IMG/VR virus record: IMGVR_UViG_3300017761_005195
Length of the DNA: 64,000 bases
Reading direction: 5' to 3' (one strand)
DNA from: an uncultured virus (IMG/VR IMGVR_UViG_3300017761_005195)
Taxonomy: Duplodnaviria > Heunggongvirae > Uroviricota > Caudoviricetes
The notes under the pieces were generated by a model. That model was not told the origin of the DNA and made no database searches. It worked only from the letters and a program-made list of their open reading frames with translations. The position numbers and the translations under genes were made by a program. This document shows, one piece after another, positions 1 to 12,022 of this stretch (positions within the stretch are counted from its first letter, which is position 1; each line of letters opens with the position of its first letter).

Positions 1-338
1 AAACCAATATACTCACCAAACGCATAGTTAACCGGTAAGTGAATCTTTATTGTATCATGTCTAGCTGGAAAACCTTCTGAATAGTCTTTTAACTGTAGAA
101 AGGAATAATTAGTTGGATTAACCAACCCAAAAGTATTGCTTATAGAATCAATTTTAAATAACTGATTCTCTGAAGTATTATTAGTAACACTATTATCACC
201 AGCTATATAGGAATAGTTTAATTGATTATCTTTTGTGTTTAATAGAATTTTATAAGAATCGCCGATATTATTACTATCGTCATAGATATATTCTAATAAA
301 ATATTTTTATTTACTTTTATGAATTTAGAAACCCTCAT
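1..338 (-). CDS. hypothetical protein (runs off window), probably late/structural
   Basis: ATG at 338 (MRVSKFIKVNKNILLEYIYDD...) preceded by TAATATATA motif; open toward window edge. Confidence 0.6.
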   Translation of the reverse strand, partial: MRVSKFIKVNKNILLEYIYDDSNNIGDSYKILLNTKDNQLNYSYIAGDNSVTNNTSENQLFKIDSISNTFGLVNPTNYSFLQLKDYSEGFPARHDTIKIHLPVNYAFGEYIG

Positions 339-381
339 CTTTTAAAAAGATTTTGGTTTATATATTAAAAAGTCATTATCT

Positions 382-780
382 TCAAACAAGGTCTTTTATA
401 GTATCACTAACTTCAGATTTAATTTTTTCATCTGATAAGCTTGGATATCTCTTTTTTATGGTTTGATAAAGCACTTCTTCTTCTTGTTGTAGTTTAAGCA
501 AACCTTCGTTTAACGATTCAATTCTTTTTGAAATCTTTTCTTCCTCCTTTTCAATTTCCTGAATTTCATTAACAATTTTCTGAGTTATTACTAATAATTG
601 ATCTTTACTGCCTTTCTGATTCAAATCTTTTTCATTCATGTTTTTGAATACCTCAGCTTTTTCTAATAAAAAGTTAGAAAGTTTTTTAATTTCTTTCTCA
701 TAATCACTCAGGTCACCCATTATGGATAAATATTTCTTTCTTATTTCTCTAGCACTTTGTAATAACTGGCGATCAATCAT
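382..780 (-). CDS. hypothetical coiled-coil protein
   Basis: 132 aa, E/K-rich heptads, overlaps the upstream gene end. Confidence 0.7.
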   Translation of the reverse strand: MIDRQLLQSAREIRKKYLSIMGDLSDYEKEIKKLSNFLLEKAEVFKNMNEKDLNQKGSKDQLLVITQKIVNEIQEIEKEEEKISKRIESLNEGLLKLQQEEEVLYQTIKKRYPSLSDEKIKSEVSDTIKDLV

Positions 781-1684
781 TTTTTATAACTGTTTTTTTT
801 CTAGTAGTAGTTTGTTTTACCTGTGTTTCTGACTTATTTGCTTCTGAATTTGCTTTTTTATGAAGCATTAATGTAATTTGATCTTTAATTTTATTCTTTA
901 TTATTTGAGGATTTAATAAAATTTGATTTGTAAATTCCTCTGCTAAAAAATCGATTATACTTGTGTTATATGAATCCTCCATCATTTCTATAAAATCAAG
1001 CCTAGGTATTTTATTATTTACTTCAAACTTTATATTAAAATCAGTATTCCTTTTAACATTCCTAAACATTTGGATAATTGGATCCATAGATTGTTGTTGT
1101 ATTTGTGATGAAGTAGATAGTTGTTGGTTTATTATATTTTCCATTCTTATTGGGTTTGGTTTTTTTGGAATCTCTATATCCTCAAATGTTTCTGAATTAT
1201 CATAATCCTCTATATTAACTTCATCATTCAAGTCGTTAATCTCATCATCACCCAAAATATCTTTAAATTTATCAAATTGACTAGAAACTTCATTCCTGTT
1301 ATCAAACATTTTTCTAGCTTTCATAATCAATTGTTGTTTTTCTTCCTCTGGATCATACGGCAAAACAGCAGGTGAATCATCCATATATTCATATGGATTC
1401 CCATAGTTATTCAATAACTGTCTTGGTGAGTCGAAATTTTCTTGTTGTTGTAGTACATTATTTGGTAATTGTCTAATCTTCTCAGCAAAAGCATTCACTA
1501 AACCTTCATTTCTAAAAAAGTTCATAGGATCGATATATTCATCATAAAGATTATTATCTAACAATTTGTTAACTTTTATTTTGGTTTTATTATCCAAAAT
1601 AACTATATCTTCGAATTGGTCAGTTACCTGAACAACTTTTCCATTAATAAGATCGGTGAATTTTTTGTTAGTATACATATCCAT
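773..1684 (-). CDS. hypothetical protein
   Basis: 303 aa ORF in operon with SSB gene. Confidence 0.75.
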   Translation of the reverse strand: MDMYTNKKFTDLINGKVVQVTDQFEDIVILDNKTKIKVNKLLDNNLYDEYIDPMNFFRNEGLVNAFAEKIRQLPNNVLQQQENFDSPRQLLNNYGNPYEYMDDSPAVLPYDPEEEKQQLIMKARKMFDNRNEVSSQFDKFKDILGDDEINDLNDEVNIEDYDNSETFEDIEIPKKPNPIRMENIINQQLSTSSQIQQQSMDPIIQMFRNVKRNTDFNIKFEVNNKIPRLDFIEMMEDSYNTSIIDFLAEEFTNQILLNPQIIKNKIKDQITLMLHKKANSEANKSETQVKQTTTRKKTVIKND

Positions 1685-1747
1685 AAATTAGAAAATTAAT
1701 TAAATATAAAGGAGGTGAGTTTCCCCACCACCCTTATATTAATTTTG

Positions 1748-2701
1748 TTATGCGAAGTCTGAAAAGAAATCATCTTCATCAGCAGGAACTTCCTTACTAC
1801 CAGATGAAACGATTCCATCTAATTCAAAATCATCACTAGAAGGTTTTGAATCCTTACTTGATGCAAATGAAGTTGAAGCTTTACCAGTCAAATAAGCAGT
1901 AATCTCATTGATCTTAGCTTGTTGCTCATCAGATAGTTTCTTAGGAGAAAACTCTTCAAGTTCATGTTCTCTTTTGAATAAAAAATCTTTAACCATTCCT
2001 TGAGCCCTAGCATCTACCTTACCATCAGCTACTGGAACATTTTTGAATGTAGACTTTTCTTCATTATAAAGAGGGACTGAACTTACCTCTGGTTTGAACA
2101 TTGAGTTCTTGTAATCAGGATAAGTTTCATCACCAGTTGAGATTTCTTTCACCAACATTACAAAATCTTTACCAGCTGCTAAGTCAAACACATTACAAGG
2201 TACACCTGTGATTTCACCATTTCTTTCAGCTTGGATTTTATCTTTAATAGTTTTCCCATATTGGAAAATCATAATCTTACCAACACACTCTGGTTGTTGA
2301 TCATCTTCAATAACCAAAAAATAAGAATAATACTTCTTTGAATACTTCAAAGATTTTGACCTTTCTTGTAGAATAGCATTCTTTGAATTCTGCATGTTAT
2401 AGTAAAGATCAGTTAGAGGACACTTCTCATTGAAGTTCTTTGGTGAATCAAACCATCCAGAAAGTTCTTTTGCATTTTTGATATCAACATAGTGAGTAAT
2501 TTTCTCAACTGCTGATTGTCCAACTTTACCATCTTTAGTCAAGTTTGGTAGGAATCGTACTACTGAACGATAACCTTTCTTTTTGTCTTTAACCTTAGTT
2601 AAATCTACTCTGTAAATTCCATCTGAATTTACTGCTTTTTTTTCCTTTAGGAAGTCCATCGTATTGTCTAGATTGCCTCCAAATAAATCATCTAATTCCA
2701 T
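1748..2701 (-). CDS. T4 gp32-like single-stranded DNA-binding protein
   Basis: VVRFLP motif, CP, KIMIFQYGKTIKDKI, FDL..GKDF, YPDY..S.F and acidic tail ending DEDDFFSDFA. Confidence 0.9.
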   Translation of the reverse strand: MELDDLFGGNLDNTMDFLKEKKAVNSDGIYRVDLTKVKDKKKGYRSVVRFLPNLTKDGKVGQSAVEKITHYVDIKNAKELSGWFDSPKNFNEKCPLTDLYYNMQNSKNAILQERSKSLKYSKKYYSYFLVIEDDQQPECVGKIMIFQYGKTIKDKIQAERNGEITGVPCNVFDLAAGKDFVMLVKEISTGDETYPDYKNSMFKPEVSSVPLYNEEKSTFKNVPVADGKVDARAQGMVKDFLFKREHELEEFSPKKLSDEQQAKINEITAYLTGKASTSFASSKDSKPSSDDFELDGIVSSGSKEVPADEDDFFSDFA

Positions 2702-2831
2702 AATTGCTTTTTATTATTTTATTTTATACCAAATCATTTTGAGTTGGTTAATAGTTATATCAAATACAGTAAAAAAAGTTTACCACATTTTTCTACCATT
2801 AATTCTACTCCTTGTGAAGGAATCCAATAAA

Positions 2832-3386
2832 TTAGATAAGAGGGATATCAATCTTTTCACCATTGGTTTTTGAGTAAACTATTTTATCAATGGTATTGAT
2901 TTTCATTTTAAAGTTTAAATCCACATAGCTATTTCCATTGCCTTTAGTTAGATACGCGACAGTAATATGTGGTTTATAGTCTGGATAAGTTGAAGTGTGT
3001 GGTAATGTTGAGGCTAACTTATTTAACTCATTTAGTTTCTCAGATTTGATATTCATTTTAAGAACATCATAATCTTTATTATAGAAACAATCCAAACCAT
3101 TTGCTTCTATATCAAAATCAGATTTCTTAATATCAGAGAACATTGCAATAACTTGTTCATCATCTACTTCTTTGTGGATGCCATAAAGAATAGTCAGATG
3201 TGGTTCAGTCTCAACACCATATCTCTCATTTTCTGGGTCAAACAAAAGATTCTTATCAATACCACCAGTGAACTTATCCCAATTCGGAAAAGTAGCATAT
3301 AACATTAAACAACCATATTCATACATAGTTCCAGATTTATCTTCTAAGATAGACATGAACTCTGAGTACCTTTTCAATCTTATCAT
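2832..3386 (-). CDS. 2H phosphoesterase, T4 57B/Acb1-like (candidate anti-CBASS nuclease)
   Basis: Two HxT motifs: EPHLTILYG and YKPHITVAYL; size and layout like T4 57B. Confidence 0.8.
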   Translation of the reverse strand: MIRLKRYSEFMSILEDKSGTMYEYGCLMLYATFPNWDKFTGGIDKNLLFDPENERYGVETEPHLTILYGIHKEVDDEQVIAMFSDIKKSDFDIEANGLDCFYNKDYDVLKMNIKSEKLNELNKLASTLPHTSTYPDYKPHITVAYLTKGNGNSYVDLNFKMKINTIDKIVYSKTNGEKIDIPLI

Positions 3387-3631
3387 TACTTTGATTTAGT
3401 TTTCACTGGTTGGATAGGATCATTATGTTTCCAATAATCTTCTATAGACTCTATACCAGTATCAATTGGATTTTTAATGTATTGAATGTTAGCTCCTTGT
3501 TTATTCATATCAGAAATTTTATCCCCAATATCAATACCCTTTGTTAGCTTTCTAAGTTTTTTTAACTGATCTACCGTTTGTTTCCTTGGTAGATTCTCAT
3601 TTAATTGTTGAAAGCTTAATAGATGTTTCAT
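3386..3631 (-). CDS. hypothetical protein with MKHL..F...NE leader
   Basis: 81 aa, translationally coupled to neighbours. Confidence 0.65.
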   Translation of the reverse strand: MKHLLSFQQLNENLPRKQTVDQLKKLRKLTKGIDIGDKISDMNKQGANIQYIKNPIDTGIESIEDYWKHNDPIQPVKTKSK

Positions 3632-4323
3632 TATTTCCTAACTTTTACCCTAACACTTGATTCAGTAATCATAGGTCTTTTAGGTGTAGATCTACTTTCA
3701 TGCACTTGAACCATAACTTTTTTACTCATTTTAACTTTGAAATCATCTTCCCAAGGAGTAAATATAGTATTTTCGGCAATAACTTCCAATCTTATTTTAC
3801 CAATAGCACCTTCGTCAAATATATTGAGTTTTTTAATTGGTATATTACACTTACCATTTCTATCAATCTCACCTTCGAACATTAAAGTCCAATCATCTGA
3901 TTCTAAAATAAGTCTAGCTTGTGTATCATTTAGTTTAGCACCCTCGACCATTACATCACAAGTAAAGTTTTCGGATTTATCTTTGAAAACTGGATAATAG
4001 TTATCAACTTGTTCTTGTACTTTAGTAAAGTTATTCTTATTTTGGTAAGAACGTAAAGAATCTTCAACCTCTAGTTCCTCAGGTTCATCATCATCAATGA
4101 TAAATTGTTCTGGTTGAACCGGTGGGTTGAAAGCAGGATCTGGTTTAACAGATTTTTCTTTTTTCTCAATTTCATCCACAGTATCAACCAAAAATTCAGA
4201 TTCATCTTCAGCATCTTCATTCAAGAAAAAATCACTAAAATCCTCTTTTTTAAAAGAATTCTTTTTCTTGGTAAAATCACTCTCAAAAAATTTTGAAAAG
4301 TTTACAATTTCTTTATTTTCCAT
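3631..4323 (-). CDS. hypothetical protein
   Basis: 230 aa, acidic N-terminal half, TAATATATA upstream. Confidence 0.7.
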   Translation of the reverse strand: MENKEIVNFSKFFESDFTKKKNSFKKEDFSDFFLNEDAEDESEFLVDTVDEIEKKEKSVKPDPAFNPPVQPEQFIIDDDEPEELEVEDSLRSYQNKNNFTKVQEQVDNYYPVFKDKSENFTCDVMVEGAKLNDTQARLILESDDWTLMFEGEIDRNGKCNIPIKKLNIFDEGAIGKIRLEVIAENTIFTPWEDDFKVKMSKKVMVQVHESRSTPKRPMITESSVRVKVRK

Positions 4324-4340
4324 AAACTTATATATTATTT

Positions 4341-4676
4341 TTAAAAATCTATTTTTACACCAACCTTAATTGATTCATTAAATACTTTCTCAATATGGTT
4401 AGCAGTAACTTTTATTTTTGGGTTTGGATCTATAACATCTTCATACTCTAATCCATTTACCCTACAAACAATTCTTATGAACTTTTTAGTCTTTTCTTCA
4501 CCTAATTCTTTTCTAGTTTTGTCCCAAGGATTTCCCCTAACATAAGCACTTGAACCACCCCCTCTTCTTATTAATTCACCTACTTCTTTGATTATGGCAA
4601 CGTCTTCCCATAACATATCCAGATTATCCCAAGTAAAGTCAACATTTTCCCACTCTAAATAAACTTTAGTAATCAT
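4341..4676 (-). CDS. hypothetical protein
   Basis: 111 aa ORF. Confidence 0.65.
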   Translation of the reverse strand: MITKVYLEWENVDFTWDNLDMLWEDVAIIKEVGELIRRGGGSSAYVRGNPWDKTRKELGEEKTKKFIRIVCRVNGLEYEDVIDPNPKIKVTANHIEKVFNESIKVGVKIDF

Positions 4677-4732
4677 ATAGGTATATATCTATAAATGCTT
4701 TTAAGCCTCCTGCGCTTAATATATAATCAGTC

Positions 4733-5869
4733 ATGACTTATAGTTTAACGGGGAATACCGTAAGTAGTACTTATCAATATCTTGTCCAAGTTAGATCAGG
4801 CAACGAGTATTATGATGGATTAGGAAATCCATTGAATATGAATGTTGGTGTACAAGGAAACACAGGTCCCCAAGGAAACACAGGTCCTCAAGGATTTACA
4901 GGTAACCAAGGTGAAACAGGACCACAAGGTCGTACTGGCGTTCAAGGTGAAACAGGTCCTCAAGGTTCAACCGGTGCAGATGGTATAGTTGTAACTACAA
5001 TTCAGTCATTAGTAGAGTGGAAATATCTATCTGGTGGATCTTTGGGAAGTGTGACACAATCATTTGTTTCAAATAACGATTCTATATCATCTGTTACTGA
5101 TTTAAATTTCTCTAAATATAACTACAACGGTGTCGATTATAGTGGTTGGTTCAATGAGCTAAATGCATTTGTCACATCTGGATTTTCAACATACCTACAG
5201 CTTTTTCAAGTTGGAACTCCAAGTAACATTGGATTATTTAGAGTAGGTACTGTTTCTAGTGGTATAGACTCATTTACTGTAAGTTTCTTAAATTCAATTG
5301 TTTCTGGTGGTACATTAGTAGATAGTTCTTTATATTCATTTACTTGGGTTGCTAACGGTAAAGAAGGTCCACAGGGACCAACTGGATTTGGAACTGGTGG
5401 TACTGGTTCTTCTTCTCTACCATTTTTCTATCAATCAGTAACTCCAACAGCATCATCACTGACTGCTGGTTCTAGATGGTTTCATTCTGATACCGGTGTT
5501 GAGTATGTTTACATAAATGATGGAGATTCTACCCAATGGGTTCAACCAACGAGTACTATTGCTGGTAGTTTAAATCATTATACTTCGGGTATTACTACAG
5601 AAACATATAATATAACATTAAGTTCACAATATGGACCAGAATATTTTGGCGTATCATCAAGTGTAACTAGTTATGTTTATCTACCAACAAATGTCGGTTT
5701 AGGTAAAAGTATAACAGTTAAGGATGAAAGTGGAAGTGCCTCTGTGAATAATATTTACATAGTAGCTTATTCAGGTGAAACCATTGATAATTCTACTCAG
5801 TCCCAAATTACCACAGACTATGGTTCGAAGACTTTATTGAGAAGAAATAATAACTGGTGGTTAATATAA
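4733..5869 (+). CDS. collagen-like tail fibre/virion protein
   Basis: G-X-Y repeats (GPQGNT), S/T-rich beta domains, late-type motif upstream. Confidence 0.8.
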   Translation: MTYSLTGNTVSSTYQYLVQVRSGNEYYDGLGNPLNMNVGVQGNTGPQGNTGPQGFTGNQGETGPQGRTGVQGETGPQGSTGADGIVVTTIQSLVEWKYLSGGSLGSVTQSFVSNNDSISSVTDLNFSKYNYNGVDYSGWFNELNAFVTSGFSTYLQLFQVGTPSNIGLFRVGTVSSGIDSFTVSFLNSIVSGGTLVDSSLYSFTWVANGKEGPQGPTGFGTGGTGSSSLPFFYQSVTPTASSLTAGSRWFHSDTGVEYVYINDGDSTQWVQPTSTIAGSLNHYTSGITTETYNITLSSQYGPEYFGVSSSVTSYVYLPTNVGLGKSITVKDESGSASVNNIYIVAYSGETIDNSTQSQITTDYGSKTLLRRNNNWWLI

Positions 5870-5891
5870 TAATAAATAGATATATAAACAA

Positions 5892-8747
5892 ATGGCATTA
5901 AATTTCCCTTTAAACCCTATTTCTGGACAAACCTACTCCAATAATGGAAAGGATTGGGTATTTAACGGTGCTGCTTGGGATTCTGTAAATACACAATCAA
6001 TTGGACCTCAAGGATTCCAAGGACCACAAGGTTTTCAAGGCATATCTGGTCCACAAGGATTTACGGGATTACAAGGTTCTACGGGATTACAGGGCGAAAC
6101 TGGTTCTCAGGGATTCACTGGTCCTCAGGGAGAAACAGGACCACAAGGTGAAACAGGACTTCAAGGTCCAACTGGCCCAATAGGTTCTAGTAGAAATGAT
6201 TCATTTGGCCCAGACACATCATTCAATGTTAATCATGGGTTAGGATTTTATCCACCAGTTTCAGTTGTTGATGATATTGGTAATGTTATTATACCACAAT
6301 CGATAGTTCATAATTCAGTCAATGATTACACTGTTACTTTTGTGACTATGACATCTGGAACAATAGTAACAGGCGGTGGTGGAGATAGAGGACCACAAGG
6401 ATTTAGTGGTGTACAAGGTAATACTGGACCACAAGGTACCGGTCCCCAGGGAGAAACAGGTAATCAAGGAAACACAGGTCCTCAGGGCAATACCGGTGTG
6501 CAGGGTTTTACAGGTCCCCAAGGTTCAACAGGAAACCAAGGTAATACTGGTCCTCAAGGATTTACTGGTATACAAGGTAATACTGGTCCTCAAGGAAGAC
6601 CTGGTGGTTCATCAACATTTTTCAACTATATAGGAAAAACAAGTTCTACCTCTGGTGATCCACTACCATCTTACATAATATGGAATAATCTAACTCAAAT
6701 TGATTCAACTCAAATAAATGTTAGTCACATAGATGAATTAGGTGATGCCATAGATATATTTTTAGCATTAATATCAGATGGTGATAAAATAACAATTCAA
6801 GATAGGGATGATTCTACTTCCTATCAACAATGGTTAGTTTCTGGGCCCATAAATACAATACCAAATGAACATATTGAAATACCAGTAAGTCTTATAACTG
6901 CAACTGGTACTGGCTATACTAATTTTCCAGATGGTAATGAAATAATCTTAGTTACAACACCAGTTGGTGTAGTTGGCCCACAAGGTTTAACTGGTCCACA
7001 AGGTTTAACTGGTCCACAGGGTGCGACTGGAAGTCAAGGAACAACTGGCACGAGTGGTTCAGATGGTGCGAATTCAGTTAGGCTTTCTTTTGGGGCTTCA
7101 TCCTCAGCTGTACCAAGTGCGACTGGAAGTTTTAATGCTAACTTTACAACCGGTGGTTATAGTTTTAGCTCTATCTCACAAATTACTTTCAATTCACCAC
7201 CATCCCCCACAGGATATCCTACAGATATTTATGGAAATATTATCTATGCTGGATTGACCATGGGTTGGTTAGCGAATATTTATAATGACTTTGTGGCGGC
7301 AAAACCAATAATTGTACAAATATCAGAAGTAGGAAATGCTTCAAATTATGGCATATATCAGCTTACTTCTCATTTAACCCCCACACCTTATTGGAGATGG
7401 GGTCTAACATTCGTCTCCGGTGGTGGTACAATATCAAGTTCGGCTATATACACTATTTCGGAATTATCTAATGGTGCTGCTGGTAGTCAGGGATCTAGAG
7501 GTAGTACTGGGTCAACTGGGCCAACTGGGTCCCAAGGTCCAACTGGTTCGGCTGGAGCAACAGGATCTGACGGACCAAATTCTGTGAGATTTAGTTTTGG
7601 AGCATCTGCATCATCTAACCCAAGCACTTCTGGTAGTTTCAATGTAACTGGTGGACTTAGTTTTAGTAGTACCACTATAATATTCTTTAACACACTAAGA
7701 ACAGACGTAAATGGAACAAATATAGTTGGTTGGTTATCAAACATTTATACTGATTACACTAGTTCTAAATCGATTACTGCTCAACTATCGGAAGTTGGAA
7801 ATGCTTCAAATTACGCTATATACACAGTTACCAACATTGGAACACCATCTCCAAATTTTAGTTGGTCTGTATCATTTGTCTCTGGAAATGGTACTTTTTC
7901 CACTGGAAAAGTATATACATTATCTGAGGTTTCTGGTGGACCACCAGGTGGTCCACAAGGGTTCCAAGGACCACAGGGACCACAAGGACTACAAGGTGTA
8001 ACTGGCCCACAAGGAGCCACCGGTGTTCAAGGTCCGAATGCAGGTACCAGTTTTGCTAGTATAGGTAGATTTGGTAGTCAAACCCAATCTATTACTACTG
8101 ATCTATACATAGAAAATATTGTTAATTGGGCTACTGTAGATTCTACAGAAACTATTGGAAATATTGGTTTAACATACAGTGGTGCCTCATATTCTTTTAG
8201 AAATACAAACACATCAACTATTTCTTTATCTGTCACAGGTTTCATTACTGTACGTAGTATTACTTCTGGTTTAATGGTATTTGTTTATGGTGTAAAAAAT
8301 GGTGGACCTGCTGAACCATTTAGTGACGGTACCCCAAATAGTTATAATAGGTATGGTATGAATAGTACTCTAACCAGTTATGATAGTTTTCCTGTGAGCA
8401 TTCAATTTTCCTTTTTGATAAATCTGAATCAAAATGAATATTTTGATATAAGAGTTTATATACAGTCTGACCTTAGTGGTTTGACAGAAATAAATGGAAA
8501 CATAGACTTTGCAGGTGAGCCAAATTCAAGAATTACTATTTCTAAAATAGATGGAATTATTGGGGCACAGGGAAATATAGGTACTACTGGTCCCCAAGGT
8601 GCTACTGGATTGTCGATAGTTGGACCCCAAGGTGCTACTGGTCCTATTGGCCCCACTGGACCTGAAGGTGGACCACCCGGCCCACAAGGTCCAACAGGTC
8701 CAGTACCAATTGACCAAATAATTGCATATTCCTTGATTTTTGGTTGA
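5892..8747 (+). CDS. long collagen-like tail fibre protein
   Basis: Several GPQG collagen blocks; N-terminal LNFP.NP..GQTY...W.FNG.AW fibre motif; internally duplicated domain. Confidence 0.85.
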   Translation: MALNFPLNPISGQTYSNNGKDWVFNGAAWDSVNTQSIGPQGFQGPQGFQGISGPQGFTGLQGSTGLQGETGSQGFTGPQGETGPQGETGLQGPTGPIGSSRNDSFGPDTSFNVNHGLGFYPPVSVVDDIGNVIIPQSIVHNSVNDYTVTFVTMTSGTIVTGGGGDRGPQGFSGVQGNTGPQGTGPQGETGNQGNTGPQGNTGVQGFTGPQGSTGNQGNTGPQGFTGIQGNTGPQGRPGGSSTFFNYIGKTSSTSGDPLPSYIIWNNLTQIDSTQINVSHIDELGDAIDIFLALISDGDKITIQDRDDSTSYQQWLVSGPINTIPNEHIEIPVSLITATGTGYTNFPDGNEIILVTTPVGVVGPQGLTGPQGLTGPQGATGSQGTTGTSGSDGANSVRLSFGASSSAVPSATGSFNANFTTGGYSFSSISQITFNSPPSPTGYPTDIYGNIIYAGLTMGWLANIYNDFVAAKPIIVQISEVGNASNYGIYQLTSHLTPTPYWRWGLTFVSGGGTISSSAIYTISELSNGAAGSQGSRGSTGSTGPTGSQGPTGSAGATGSDGPNSVRFSFGASASSNPSTSGSFNVTGGLSFSSTTIIFFNTLRTDVNGTNIVGWLSNIYTDYTSSKSITAQLSEVGNASNYAIYTVTNIGTPSPNFSWSVSFVSGNGTFSTGKVYTLSEVSGGPPGGPQGFQGPQGPQGLQGVTGPQGATGVQGPNAGTSFASIGRFGSQTQSITTDLYIENIVNWATVDSTETIGNIGLTYSGASYSFRNTNTSTISLSVTGFITVRSITSGLMVFVYGVKNGGPAEPFSDGTPNSYNRYGMNSTLTSYDSFPVSIQFSFLINLNQNEYFDIRVYIQSDLSGLTEINGNIDFAGEPNSRITISKIDGIIGAQGNIGTTGPQGATGLSIVGPQGATGPIGPTGPEGGPPGPQGPTGPVPIDQIIAYSLIFG

Positions 8748-8775
8748 GTGAATAGGAAAAAATAATATATAAGAT

Positions 8776-9357
8776 ATGAAAAACTATATTTCACCAAATT
8801 ATACTTTCACTCCAGGTGATACCGGTGTTGGGACTGTGATAACAGGTATTATAAATTTCAATATAAAATTTCTAATAGTTATATTAAATGTCACAAAAGA
8901 GGAAATAATATATGCTCCTGGTCTTTCTGGTAGAGGATATACTGCTATATCATCTGATACAATAACTTTAGAGTATAACACTTCTAGTCACAGCTCAACT
9001 GATATCTTACAATTTTTGTATGAATCTACTAATGACTATCCTTCTGTAGTAGATTCGGCAAGGAATAATGATCTTTTGGCAAAGTTACAGAGATTGACTA
9101 AAATAGCTGAATCATTACAGGTTGTTGATTCCGCACAGAGACAACGTATTACAATTGACTCAATAGCTGCCTCATTGACACTAGGTACCGTAACTACAGT
9201 TGGTAGTGTTACTTCACTCGGTACTATTACCACAGTCAGTACTGTTACAAGTGTAACTAACATCGCATCAAATGCAGGTATGGATCGTGAACAATATATA
9301 AATATTGCTAAACAAACTTATGCAAATTCCATAAGGTCTAGACTAACAATACAATAA
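8776..9357 (+). CDS. virion/tail-associated protein
   Basis: 193 aa with TVTTV repeats, inside fibre cluster. Confidence 0.65.
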   Translation: MKNYISPNYTFTPGDTGVGTVITGIINFNIKFLIVILNVTKEEIIYAPGLSGRGYTAISSDTITLEYNTSSHSSTDILQFLYESTNDYPSVVDSARNNDLLAKLQRLTKIAESLQVVDSAQRQRITIDSIAASLTLGTVTTVGSVTSLGTITTVSTVTSVTNIASNAGMDREQYINIAKQTYANSIRSRLTIQ

Positions 9358-9376
9358 AAAATAGAATCTATTATAA

Positions 9377-12004
9377 ATGCCAGCTTTAACCTCTAATACT
9401 CTGACTAGACAAGTTGATTTACCAACCTGGGAATGGACCCGTTTTGCTCCAGCAGTTAGTTCAGCTTTATCTTCTACTTGTGCTGCTGAAAATGCTAACT
9501 TTTACCAAGAAGAGCATGGAAGATATATTTATTACTACATATCTCTTACACAATTTTTCCGTTATGATACTTGGACTGATATGTATCAACAGTTGTCGTC
9601 ACCAGCTTTGGGTAGTACATTTACTTCAATGAAATACAATAGTAGTCTTGGTATTGAGGATAAAGTTTTAGGAACATCTTCTAATACAATAACTGTAGCA
9701 GCGGTGACCCAACAATCTTTAGTTGGATATGATGTTGTTATTGTGTCTGGAACTGGTGCTGGTCAAAGAAGAATAATAACAGCTGCTGCAGAACCAGCAA
9801 TAGCTGACTCAGGTATAGTCACTGCAATTTCTAATACACTTGGTTCAATATCAATAACTGATTCAACTAAAACTTGGGCAGTTAACCAGTGGGCTGGTTA
9901 CACACTAAGAACAACCGGTAATACAGGTGTTTCACAAGTGAGGCGTATACTTTCAAACTCAGCGACTGTAATAGTTCTTGGTGATACATTACAAATGAAT
10001 AAGCCATTTAATAATCCAGCAATTTTTGCACCAGCTATTAACGCCACCGCTGGTTCTCAAGCTAATTACGCAATTGAGTCCCAAGTCATAACAGTTGATT
10101 CAAATTGGACTATTGTGCCTGACTCTACTTCAGTATACCGTATACAATCAGGACTGATTTATGTTGTTTCAAATAACCCTAGTGTTACTCCATTTTTTAC
10201 ATTACAAGCTTATGATGTTCTAACTGATACTTGGTATGTGTTACCGTGTAATCAACAAGTTTTCTCAGCTTCAGGAACTGATATTTCTATTGAAAGAACC
10301 TCAGAATCTACATCTATATGGTTCAGAGGAAAAGCTACCGGTGGTTCATCAACAACATTGATTGATTCTGGTCTTGGTATTGATAGGGCTGCTTGGACAA
10401 CTAACCAGTGGGTAAACTATTGGGTTTATATTTTTTCTGGTACTGGGGTTGGACAGATAAGGCAAATCACGGGTAATACAACTACTACTCTTACTTGGGC
10501 GTCATCTGGTACCGCTGCTGATTCAACAAGTAGATATCTAATACTTGGTTTTGATGCTGGAATAGCAACTGCAGGTGCTAGCACCACAATTACTGATTCA
10601 TCAAAATCTTGGTCTGCTAATAGATGGACTAATTATGCTGTAAGGATATTAGCTGGTACTGGCGCTGGGCAAGTAAGGCCAATTGTAAGTAACACCGCTA
10701 CAGTAATCACAATTGTGGGTTCTTGGACCACCAATCCAGATAGTACTTCTGTGTATGCAATACAGGGGGATCCTGATAAATTTTACATACAACTTGGTGG
10801 TATTGCAGCTTTGGGTATTCACAATTCAGATTCAATGGTTACATCTTTTGGTAGACAACAAGATTTTGGTATAGCTAGGTCAGCTTCTGCTACAGTTGCT
10901 GGTCATCAACCCATCGCTATCACATCTGTTTCTAATTCAACTACAACTGCAACTGTTACAACTGTACACAACCACCAATTTAAAGTTGGTAATTTAGTTA
11001 CTGTTAGAGGAGCATCCGACGCAAATTATAATGTGACAAATGTATCAATAGCCACTGTTCCTTCAGCAACCACATTTACATATACAATGGCTGGTACACC
11101 AGCTTCAAATACTATAACTAATTCCAACTCAACAACTGTTTTACAAGATGTTACTAAAAACTGGACTACAAATCAATGGGCTGGATTTATGTTATATATG
11201 TATACAGCTGCTGTGACAGCATCAAGTGGTAGTGTAACTGGTCAAGTAGCTAGAATTACAAGTAATACAGCAACCACACTAACTTTGGTTGTTGCTGGTA
11301 CTGCACCAACAAATGGAGTTTCTAGGTATAGTATTTGCACATCAACTGCAATTGGTGCTGCTGACTTTGGACTTGCTACTGGTGGTTCAACCACAACAGT
11401 TGTTGATAGTGGTAAGAACTGGGTAGTAAACATTTGGGCTGGTAAGCGTTGTAGGATATTGACTACAACTGGTGTAGTTCAAGAAGTTGCAATATCAAGT
11501 AACACCAGTACTACATTAACAGTTAGTACTATGGGTGGTACACCAATTAATGGACAGACTGGATATGCAATATTAGAACAGACAGTTAAAAGTTTAGGTC
11601 TGAGTACTAACTGGGCTTTTGGTACAAGTGATGCTAATTACAAAGGTAGGTATATATTTATGGTTAGAGGTGGTGGTGTTGTTGGATTTGACCGTTTGGA
11701 TATAACAACTGATAGATTTAATCTGATTTATACTACACCATTAACAGAAACCCTCACGACAGGAACAAATACTGCTTATGATGGTCAAGACTTATTGTTC
11801 TTTCATAAAGACGCTACACAAAGAATTATGTCCCTTAATGTAGTAAGTGGGAAAATTAACGGTGGAAGTATGTATCCTTATACAGTACCAACTGCAATTA
11901 TTGGTAACAGAATGGAAATATTCACTACTAAAGATGGTTTAAAATATATGTGGATAAATAGGGCATCTTTTCAAGAATGTTTCAGATGTTTAATATTCTG
12001 GTAA
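9377..12004 (+). CDS. large tail/receptor-binding-like protein with tandem beta repeats
   Basis: About five repeats of D..K.W..NQWAG...GTGAGQ.R.I.SNT.T; propeller-like ends (RYDTWTD, YDVLTDTW). Confidence 0.7.
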   Translation: MPALTSNTLTRQVDLPTWEWTRFAPAVSSALSSTCAAENANFYQEEHGRYIYYYISLTQFFRYDTWTDMYQQLSSPALGSTFTSMKYNSSLGIEDKVLGTSSNTITVAAVTQQSLVGYDVVIVSGTGAGQRRIITAAAEPAIADSGIVTAISNTLGSISITDSTKTWAVNQWAGYTLRTTGNTGVSQVRRILSNSATVIVLGDTLQMNKPFNNPAIFAPAINATAGSQANYAIESQVITVDSNWTIVPDSTSVYRIQSGLIYVVSNNPSVTPFFTLQAYDVLTDTWYVLPCNQQVFSASGTDISIERTSESTSIWFRGKATGGSSTTLIDSGLGIDRAAWTTNQWVNYWVYIFSGTGVGQIRQITGNTTTTLTWASSGTAADSTSRYLILGFDAGIATAGASTTITDSSKSWSANRWTNYAVRILAGTGAGQVRPIVSNTATVITIVGSWTTNPDSTSVYAIQGDPDKFYIQLGGIAALGIHNSDSMVTSFGRQQDFGIARSASATVAGHQPIAITSVSNSTTTATVTTVHNHQFKVGNLVTVRGASDANYNVTNVSIATVPSATTFTYTMAGTPASNTITNSNSTTVLQDVTKNWTTNQWAGFMLYMYTAAVTASSGSVTGQVARITSNTATTLTLVVAGTAPTNGVSRYSICTSTAIGAADFGLATGGSTTTVVDSGKNWVVNIWAGKRCRILTTTGVVQEVAISSNTSTTLTVSTMGGTPINGQTGYAILEQTVKSLGLSTNWAFGTSDANYKGRYIFMVRGGGVVGFDRLDITTDRFNLIYTTPLTETLTTGTNTAYDGQDLLFFHKDATQRIMSLNVVSGKINGGSMYPYTVPTAIIGNRMEIFTTKDGLKYMWINRASFQECFRCLIFW

Positions 12005-12022
12005 TAAAAATAATAATATAAT

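Noticed and set aside
6001..8797. Overlapping alternative-frame and antisense ORFs in the collagen gene (likewise in dnaK, topoisomerase, nusG)
   Set aside because: Shadow ORFs arising from repetitive or biased codons inside well-supported genes.
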